From Cyanobacteriota bacterium (lineage in GTDB: Bacteria > Cyanobacteriota > Cyanobacteriia > Cyanobacteriales > Nostocaceae), in the NCBI GenBank assembly GCA_046045965.1, contig JBJOKS010000001.1, positions 124,244-188,243 on the forward strand: a stretch of DNA of 64,000 nucleotides. The letters run 5' to 3'. Under the pieces are notes generated by a model. That model made no database searches, was not told where the DNA came from, and saw only the letters and a program-made list of their open reading frames with translations. Made by a program: the position numbers and the translations under genes. Shown in pieces: positions 56,827-64,000 of this stretch; position 1 is the first letter of the stretch; each line of letters starts with the position of its first letter.

Positions 56827-58608
56827 CTAAAAAGGTCTATATTCAACAGAGAAGTAAAGACCATTTTCTTGTAAAGTATTTCCGGTTCTATCGACGTTAA
56901 CTAAGGGAATACCCCAGTCAAATCGGGCGTTAAAATTTTGACCTACTAATAAACGCAAACCTACACCCACTGAAGATAAGGTTTGCTGTTCAATATCTAC
57001 ATCAGAACTAGAGTGATTCCAAACAGTACCAAAATCAAAAAAGGGACTTAATTCTAAGGTGGTTTGCCATTTAGGAATGCGAAGAATTGCAGTCCGAACT
57101 TCTGCGGAAGCAAATAGGCCATTATCGGCTAATAAAGAATCCTGTCGATAACCGCGTACACTTTGTTGACCACCGGCGCTAAATTGTTCTAGTGCGAGTA
57201 AGGGGCGATCGCTCAGTTGAATATCTGACCTTAATAATAATGTTGTATCTGGAGTTAATAGACGTAAATATTGAGCTTGTCCACGCCATGCCAAAAATTG
57301 ACTATCAGGCTCTGTATCATTATTTGTGGCGTTAAAAGTATTAATTCCTAAGCTCAATTGCGATCGCAATGCAAAAACCTGTTGACTATCTCGCTGTGTA
57401 TATTCCTGAAAAAAGCGGAGTGCAGAAATTCTTACTTCTCCTTGATCATTTGCACCTGGAGATAAGGGAAAACCTTCACCTAAGAGTGTGGTTTCTGATT
57501 CTTGTCTTGAACCTGTTAAACCCAATATAAATTCTTTGGTGGGGCTTTGGTAAAGGGGTTGACGGTAGGTAAGTTGATAGTTGCGGGATGCAGATTGAAT
57601 ATCTAAGACGTTAAAAGGATCTTCAATAATGTTGGTTCGGGTGCGACTGTAGCTAAAGCCGATAGTACCGTTGTGAGGGTTAATGGGGAAAGTGTAGCTG
57701 AGATTATCAAGGGAGTTGCTACCGTCAGTATTGATATAACCGACTTGAAAGCGATCGCCAAATCCGAAAAAATTATTGTGATTAATTTGCAATTGACGAC
57801 GTACACTACCAACACTGGGCGATCGCTGATTATCAATACTGATCTGCGTTGAAAAAGCGTCAGCTTCTCGTACTTTAATGTCTAATACGCTTACTCCAGC
57901 ACTAGACCCGGCGGCTAATTCTGCTGATAAATTAGCAATGAGCGGATCAAGTTGTAACATTTGCAAAGCCTGAAGCAAGCGATTTTGATCCAAAGGTGCT
58001 TTTGTTGCTAATGCTAGTCTACTGCGAACATAACCAGGACGCAATCTGTTTAACCCGGAAATATTAATTGCTTCTACTTTACCTTCAATTACTGCAATTT
58101 TAACTACTCCATCTTTTAATTCTTGGATAGGAATAAAAGCTCCAGAAGTGATATAACCACGCTCTATATATAATTCATTAATAGCTTCCTTAGCTTTCAA
58201 TAATTCAGCAAAAGAAATAGGGGTATTTGTAAACTCTTTAAGTTTATTTGCCAGTTCTTCTTGACTGAAAACCGTACTCCCAATGATTTCAAACTTTGTC
58301 ACTGTAATTGTTCCAGGAATATCTCCTATTGATGGTTGGGGAGTCGTTGGAGTTGTCTCTGGTTTGGGAAGTAATTCTTCTAGGGGTGGTAAGGGTGTTT
58401 CTGGTAGAGGTTCGAGATTAGGTAATACTGGCGGTTGTATTTCTGTTTCCCTAAATTGCTCAGGTGTTTGTGTTACAGTTTGGCTAATTATTTGAGCGTT
58501 GACTGGTAATACAAAACTGGGAAGAAAAAATTTCCCAGCAAAAATCAAAAGATAAAGTATGGATTTTTTAAACTTTTTATTTTTAATTACCATGAGTTGA
58601 TTTTTCAC
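56827..58608 (-). CDS. ShlB/FhaC/HecB-family outer-membrane transporter (TpsB, POTRA + beta-barrel)
   Basis: Signal peptide, Pro-rich linker, POTRA-like ITVTKFEIIGSTVFSQEEL, beta-barrel with terminal YFSVEYRPF. Confidence 0.85.
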   Translation of the reverse strand: MKNQLMVIKNKKFKKSILYLLIFAGKFFLPSFVLPVNAQIISQTVTQTPEQFRETEIQPPVLPNLEPLPETPLPPLEELLPKPETTPTTPQPSIGDIPGTITVTKFEIIGSTVFSQEELANKLKEFTNTPISFAELLKAKEAINELYIERGYITSGAFIPIQELKDGVVKIAVIEGKVEAINISGLNRLRPGYVRSRLALATKAPLDQNRLLQALQMLQLDPLIANLSAELAAGSSAGVSVLDIKVREADAFSTQISIDNQRSPSVGSVRRQLQINHNNFFGFGDRFQVGYINTDGSNSLDNLSYTFPINPHNGTIGFSYSRTRTNIIEDPFNVLDIQSASRNYQLTYRQPLYQSPTKEFILGLTGSRQESETTLLGEGFPLSPGANDQGEVRISALRFFQEYTQRDSQQVFALRSQLSLGINTFNATNNDTEPDSQFLAWRGQAQYLRLLTPDTTLLLRSDIQLSDRPLLALEQFSAGGQQSVRGYRQDSLLADNGLFASAEVRTAILRIPKWQTTLELSPFFDFGTVWNHSSSDVDIEQQTLSSVGVGLRLLVGQNFNARFDWGIPLVNVDRTGNTLQENGLYFSVEYRPF

Positions 58609-59131
58609 TTTTCCTCACACACTTTAATTTTAAACTAATGACTTAACAATTAAATATTGAAGACTGTTGACAACGGAGATTTAAACACTACTGTAGTCAA
58701 ATACCCTAGTGTAAGGTATTAGACCTTTTTCTTCCTGATCATTATGCTTTGCGTGTCTTTTTAGAAAATTGTTACTTTAATCATAGCAGTAAATGTAATT
58801 AGGTGATAGCTTGCTTGATTAGTATTTGACTCTAATTCATCAACAACCTCACAAAGACAGCCTATATAGTCCCATAGTTTTGGCCTGCGGGTGATGGGAT
58901 TATGGATAAGTAGAAAAAATTTTGATCTAGTTATAACTGCTGCATAATATCAGCTATCAATAATATTGTTTTATAATTATTTAGTAATACATACTGCTAA
59001 TTCTTCTATGTCAGCAAACACTATAACAATAAGGTATTTAAGGATACCTAAGTTGCTGTTACCAGTTGGAAAAAACAGGATGAAAAAATATAAAACTGGA
59101 AAACCAACTGCTATTCCTCTATCCTCTATAT

Positions 59132-59752
59132 TTATTGATCAATTTGCTCAGGTTTGGCGAAAATTGTGAGTAATACTGGACCTAATAAATAATAATGCCC
59201 TAAACATAAAAGTCCTGCATTAGACCCTAGTTTTTCACGTTGTTCTTGATGATAAAATTTAACACTTGCTGGAGAATTTGCCATCAATTGAGATGCTAAA
59301 TTATTAGCAGTTATATCAACCAAATAAAAGCGTCCACCGGCAGCAAGTACCCGCGCAACTTCACTTAACACTCTTTCTGGTTGAGAATAATGTAAGAAAC
59401 TGATAGTGTTAAAAACAGCATCAAATTGACCTTCAGCAAAAGGAAGTAATTCCGCATTACCTTCAAGATAAATTAAGCGGGGACGGTGCTGATTACTTTG
59501 TCTAGCAACCCGCAACATTTGGGGAGATAAATCTAATCCTGTACCACGTAAATTAGGAAATTGACTTGCTAATCTATTGAGTAAGCGTCCAGTTCCACAA
59601 CCTAAGTCAAGTACATTGGCATTTGCTGGAAGTTCAATTTTGGAAATTAATCTTTTATGGATAGCTTGGTAAATAAAAGAAGGAAATGTCCAATCGTAAC
59701 TTGGGGCCCAACGATCAAAGAGTTGTTTTTTATTATTGATAAATTTACTCAT
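59132..59752 (-). CDS. Class I SAM-dependent methyltransferase
   Basis: VLDLGCGTGRL motif I. FDAVFNTISFLH post-motif. Confidence 0.85.
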   Translation of the reverse strand: MSKFINNKKQLFDRWAPSYDWTFPSFIYQAIHKRLISKIELPANANVLDLGCGTGRLLNRLASQFPNLRGTGLDLSPQMLRVARQSNQHRPRLIYLEGNAELLPFAEGQFDAVFNTISFLHYSQPERVLSEVARVLAAGGRFYLVDITANNLASQLMANSPASVKFYHQEQREKLGSNAGLLCLGHYYLLGPVLLTIFAKPEQIDQ

Positions 59753-59882
59753 AGGTGACTGCTTGGCATAGCTATATTTACTTCTATTGTAATTTTAATT
59801 GGCATAATTAGGGGTATAATCAGGGGGAAATTTAAAATACCAGACTTCTCAAAAAAAGTCGGGTATCTTGTTACGCTAGTGA

Positions 59883-60482
59883 TCACAAAGTGGCTAAGAG
59901 TTCTTGTAATCTTTCCCTTCCGTCTCGAAATACAGACCAACCATCTCCGACTAAAACTGCTTGTACTTTTGTTAATTCTGCTAATCTGCGAACTGAAGCA
60001 ATAGCTTGTTCTCGATGTAGTAACTTGTTGTCTGCTAGGATGGTTAAGGTGTCGGCTGAAGGCGATCGCACTAAATCACCAATGATTAAAGTTGTTTCCT
60101 CTAATAACAAAGCTATTTCACCGGGAGTTTTTGAACCTTGCAGTTCCATCACTTTTAGTCCTGGGACTAATTCTTCACCATCACTCAACCAGCGATCGCA
60201 CACTATTGGGAAATTTTCCTTCTCAGCTACAGGTCCGGCAATTTTTGAGTATGTTTGATTAGCAATCTCCTTAGCTGCTCGTAGATGATCCGAGTTTGTC
60301 AGGACAATCCAAACCACACCACCGAGAGATTCTAGATGATTCCAGTCATGGTTTGATAAAGCTACTGGATCAATTAAGATATTACCCTCTGGACGAATCC
60401 AGGCGAACCCATTGAAATCAATATTTCTTGTCGGGTTAAAACAAGACCAGGTATATAAATCGGGACGGTGCAGAGATTTCAT
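59883..60482 (-). CDS. MBL-fold hydrolase-like protein (degenerate metal motif)
   Basis: ILIDP...VWIVLTNSDHLRAA occupies the position of HxHxDH. The overall ~200-aa MBL-like pattern was recognised from memory. Confidence 0.6.
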   Translation of the reverse strand: MKSLHRPDLYTWSCFNPTRNIDFNGFAWIRPEGNILIDPVALSNHDWNHLESLGGVVWIVLTNSDHLRAAKEIANQTYSKIAGPVAEKENFPIVCDRWLSDGEELVPGLKVMELQGSKTPGEIALLLEETTLIIGDLVRSPSADTLTILADNKLLHREQAIASVRRLAELTKVQAVLVGDGWSVFRDGRERLQELLATL

Positions 60483-61380
60483 GATGATTCTGGCTTGTGA
60501 ACCTGCGATAGTGTGTGTTTATGACATCAGTATCAATAATCTATCATTCATATTCACTTAGTTGCGAAAATTTTGCAATTTCCCTTATCTTAACCATTGG
60601 GAATTGAGCATGAGCTGGCTAAATACTGAACATTTTTATAACATCTATGTTTGAGAGTTTACTGATAGGAAATAAGTAAGTCGGTGGGAAAAAACCGAAG
60701 TATGTAACAAAAAGTAAATTCACCAAAACCCTCTTCCCTGTTAAGAGTTCCCTCTGTACACAGATAATTTCAAAAATCAAATACCAGTCCTATATTTCTA
60801 CATTTTTAGGGGTCAAGCACATTGCTAAATCCTTGTTTATTTGGCTCTTCAGTACCTAATATGCTAAATTGTTCTGATAAAATCTGAAAAGGCTTACCGT
60901 ATAAGGGAAATAATGTTGGTTATTGAAGAAAATGGCTGAAAATGTCTAAATATTCCCTCTTAATCTCTGTTCCCTGTTCCCTGTTCCCTCGAACTCAGGT
61001 TAAATTAGCATAACAAGTACGGTAGAACCGTTTATTTATGCAGTGGTAAAGATGTAATTTATGATCAAAAATCAGCCAAAAGATAGACGGCAAAAAGTAG
61101 TTAATTGAAGTTAATCAATACTGTAATCAACAAAAGATGACCTTAGTATTGAGCTAAAAATAACTCTTTATTAAGACACCGAACTTAAAATCTGAGAGTT
61201 TGGAAAATACTGCCAAAGTAGCAATAAATTCTCTGAAGTTTTTGTTAATATTCATTGTTGGAATTATCGGCTGATAAATTCAGGGTTTCAAGCATTATTT
61301 ACCCTGGAAAAAGTGGGAATTAATTTTGTATGAGTCCAATTCAGGACTAGAAATACACATCAAAAAAACAGGAGTATTTT

Positions 61381-61746
61381 ATGATGATGATGATGATGAC
61401 TGAATCTATGACTACCGAAATGCAAACTTGCATGAATGCTTGCATGGAATGTCATAAAATTTGCTTGGAAACCATGACTTACTGCATGAGTAAAGGCGGT
61501 AGGTACATGGATATGGGGATGATGAGCATCATGCGTGACTGCTCAGAAATGTGCATGATGTGTACGAATATGATGATGAGTGGTTCCGAGTTTATGGATC
61601 GTACTTGTATGTTGTGTGCGGAAATGTGCGATCGCTGTGCCGCAGCTTGTGAAACAATCAGTGATGATAGCAAGATGCTGGATTGTGCCGCTGCTTGTCG
61701 CAGATGTGCAGAAACTTGCAGATCCATGCAAATGGTGCGTGCTTAA
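61381..61746 (+). CDS. Cys-rich four-helix-bundle metal-binding protein (DUF326 family), unusually Met-rich
   Basis: 17 Cys in repeated CxxxC/CxxC spacing (CMNACMECHKIC, CSEMCMMC, CMLCAEMCDRCAAAC, CAAACRRCAETC). N-terminal MMMMMM. AGGAG RBS. Confidence 0.8.
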   Translation: MMMMMMTESMTTEMQTCMNACMECHKICLETMTYCMSKGGRYMDMGMMSIMRDCSEMCMMCTNMMMSGSEFMDRTCMLCAEMCDRCAAACETISDDSKMLDCAAACRRCAETCRSMQMVRA

Positions 61747-61903
61747 TTTGATGAACTAGCAGATTAACTAACATAACTTACTCTGCGACCTATTCAGGCG
61801 CTCAAGCTGTTTTAGTTTGGGTGCTTACTGTTTTTTAAACAGATTTTTCTGGATCTGAAAACAGAGGATGAATTAAAATGAGAATAAACAGCGAGTAGGA
61901 AAT

Positions 61904-62353
61904 ATGAGTAAAACATCAGTCAAAAATCTATACGAACAAGATTTTTCTCTTTGGGTTGAGGATACAGTCAGTAAATTAAAAGCACGAGACAATGATAATT
62001 TAGATTGGGATAATTTAATTGAAGAGGTAGAGTCTTTGGGGAAAAGTCAGCGTAAAACTGTCAGGAGTTTTTTGGTGCGTTTATTGGAACATCTGTTAAA
62101 GCGGTGTTATGTACCAATGTCAGACTGTTATCGGGGTTGGGAAATTGAAATCAGGAATTTTCGTCAACGTTTACAAATTGAGTTAGAAGACTCACCGAGT
62201 TTAAAAGGTTTTGTTTTAGAAATTCTTGATAAGAGTTATGAAATGGCTTTGGAAAATGTCAGAGATGGTTATCCTGAAATTTATTTTTCTGATGTTTGTC
62301 CATTTCCCAGTGATGTAGATGCTTTGTTAACTAAGAAGTTGTGGGAAGAATAA
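61904..62353 (+). CDS. DUF29 family protein
   Basis: LYEQDFSLWVEDTVSKLKARDNDNLDWDNLIEEVESLGKSQRK is the DUF29 signature. Confidence 0.8.
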   Translation: MSKTSVKNLYEQDFSLWVEDTVSKLKARDNDNLDWDNLIEEVESLGKSQRKTVRSFLVRLLEHLLKRCYVPMSDCYRGWEIEIRNFRQRLQIELEDSPSLKGFVLEILDKSYEMALENVRDGYPEIYFSDVCPFPSDVDALLTKKLWEE

Positions 62354-62861
62354 TGATTATTTGTGGTAGGGGTTTAGCATAACGCAGCTTCATTAGCATA
62401 AAATCTCTTATTTGTCAATGCCTCAATCTCTAACCCTCAAACAACAGCATCGGATTTTGGCAAAATTTGTTTCAGAAGTCCTTGATTAATTTATTAAGTT
62501 TTGTATTATTTATAGTTTGCAATTTCTGAAGTGTTTATAGATAAAGGCTTTCAAAGTTATACTCTCAACTCAATCTTACAAATAGGCACAATAATCGAAA
62601 TTACAAATTTTCATAAATCATAGCAGATCGCTGAAAGTATTGCAACCTCGTTGATAAATAGAAATAATTTTCAATTAATTATTAAGAAAATATAAAGGAG
62701 AAATTCTGAAAATTATAAATTTTTAAACTATTTGGAAGTTATCATAAGCCTTGCTTATTAAATACCCAAGGGAGTACGCTATCAGACATTTCTATTAAAC
62801 TAGAGGCAGAGCCTCTTAATGGCATTCCCAGCCGGAGACTGGGAACGAGAGGACGAGAAGA

Positions 62862-64000
62862 TTAAAGAATATTTAGAATCCTCCTTAATAAGGCTTGATC
62901 TTCTGGTTTAGGTTTAAGACGACCATTTTCTACATCTCGAATCCAACTTTGACTTTTACCTGTCAGCTTTGCTAATTCCCTTTGGGAAATGTTGATACTT
63001 TTGCGGGCTTGTAAAACCTGTTCAGCTAATAAATCATCTGGGTTTTTGAGAACTCTTTTATTCCTCACATTACGCCGCTTTTTTTTCTCAGCTTCTGAAC
63101 TTAACTGTTCCCATTCTGGAGGTAGTTCAAAAGATAAAATCCGGGCATTCATCAGCATATTCCATTTACCACGGGGTCCGCTATCTGTGAGGCGATGATC
63201 ACCACCACCGTCATTAATCCAAAATTCCAAAGCCTCATCTGGATCTTCGGGAATATCAACTAATTTAGCCCACAAAGGTTGGATTTCTGTTGGGTAGGTA
63301 ACAGGGTCAAAAATTGCCTTGACTCCATAATGATTGAGAACTTCCAAATCATTTTCAAATGTTCGCAATAAACGTTTACGTTCATCCCGTAATCTGGAAG
63401 CTAGGTTAATTTTTTCCTCGCCATAAGCAACACGCAGTAAAGTAGGAACAGTGATGCGTTGCTCTCTACCCATTTTGGTTTTAAAAAGTAACCATAACAT
63501 CAATCTTACTGCACCTTCATGTTGCTGCCAAAGACTCATAACTGTAGTTAACAGCGTTTTTGGTAGACTACCATATTGATAGAAACCAGTACGCTCTTTA
63601 CAGCCTTGTTTATTTAAGAAATGCTGCGACCAAATACCGGCTTTGACTTTAAATGTCAACCCGATCAGATATTTACACCCTTGGTTATCTTCTTGAAAGT
63701 GATGCTGAATATCTGTTAAATTCCACAAACGACTTTCTTGCACAGAAAAGCCGGGAACTTTACCCCGTTGCGGCCAGTCAATGGAAACAACAAGTGAGCA
63801 AGCTTGTTGAACGATGTTCTTGATTAAACATAGCTTGGCGATTTTATTGAGGTCTTTGCGTTTTTCTAACCCCAAGTATTTTTCAATTTGGCGTTCATCA
63901 ATCGCAAATTCTTGTTCCCACGGTTGATCTAAGGCTGTAGCATGGGCAGCAAAAATCAGATGAATACAAGCAGCACGAATATCAAGATTTTCAATTGCTT
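62862..64000 (-). CDS. Large hypothetical protein with C-terminal XRE-type HTH; 5' end beyond the window
   Basis: The reading frame stays open upstream of the track's TTG 'start' to position 64000 (..AIENLDIRAACIHLIFAAHATALDQPWEQEFAIDERQIEKYLGLEKRK..). C-terminus: ISQRELAKLTGKSQSWIRDVENGR (HTH_XRE). Confidence 0.6.
   Translation of the reverse strand, partial: AIENLDIRAACIHLIFAAHATALDQPWEQEFAIDERQIEKYLGLEKRKDLNKIAKLCLIKNIVQQACSLVVSIDWPQRGKVPGFSVQESRLWNLTDIQHHFQEDNQGCKYLIGLTFKVKAGIWSQHFLNKQGCKERTGFYQYGSLPKTLLTTVMSLWQQHEGAVRLMLWLLFKTKMGREQRITVPTLLRVAYGEEKINLASRLRDERKRLLRTFENDLEVLNHYGVKAIFDPVTYPTEIQPLWAKLVDIPEDPDEALEFWINDGGGDHRLTDSGPRGKWNMLMNARILSFELPPEWEQLSSEAEKKKRRNVRNKRVLKNPDDLLAEQVLQARKSINISQRELAKLTGKSQSWIRDVENGRLKPKPEDQALLRRILNIL

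Noticed and set aside
61479-61731. Two minus-strand ORFs antisense to the DUF326 gene.
   Set aside because: These are shadow ORFs produced by the ATG/CAT-rich coding strand (the many Met/Cys codons).

Overview
This window looks like a chromosomal segment from a heterocyst-forming (Nostocales-type) cyanobacterium. The evidence is: heptameric STRR tandem repeats (CCCCAGT, GACTCCT/AGGAGTC, GGGAACA, CAGGAGG, TGATTGG, AATGCCC) in most intergenic regions; frequent HIP1 palindromes (GCGATCGC); a tmRNA whose tag reads ANNIVKFARREALVAA; and a tandem flavodiiron (flv3-type then flv1-type) gene pair. The backbone is housekeeping: uvrB, rpe, recA, moeB/moeZ-like, hisZ, an IMPase-family gene, lpdA, trpC, a class-V aminotransferase, two ferredoxins, a beta-carbonic anhydrase, tRNA-Ser(GGA) and ssrA. 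Several small accessory islets sit between these genes. (1) At the left edge, a Septu-like ATPase+HNH pair plus a Uma2 endonuclease gene that appears to have been inserted at the uvrB 3' end. (2) A NACHT-HEAT STAND NTPase and a NYN+2xLOTUS protein flanking the tmRNA gene. (3) A cluster of four N-terminal-receiver signalling proteins, including a His-less DHp pseudo-kinase, next to an intact IS5-family element with a TTA target duplication. (4) Downstream of tRNA-Ser, an EACC1-like small protein with a caspase(C14)-GUN4 fusion, followed by an IS200-like Y1 (RAYT-type) transposase and three orphan antitoxin-like genes. I rate this fourth islet the best candidate for a poorly described conflict system. 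(5) A GGDEF gene bracketed by ~90-bp direct repeats. There are also a JAMM + E1-like/rhodanese pair, an orphan TpsB transporter, a Met/Cys-rich DUF326 protein, and a partial XRE-HTH protein at the right edge. No CRISPR array, rRNA, integrase or prophage genes were seen. All domain calls come from motif recognition by eye; no searches were run.
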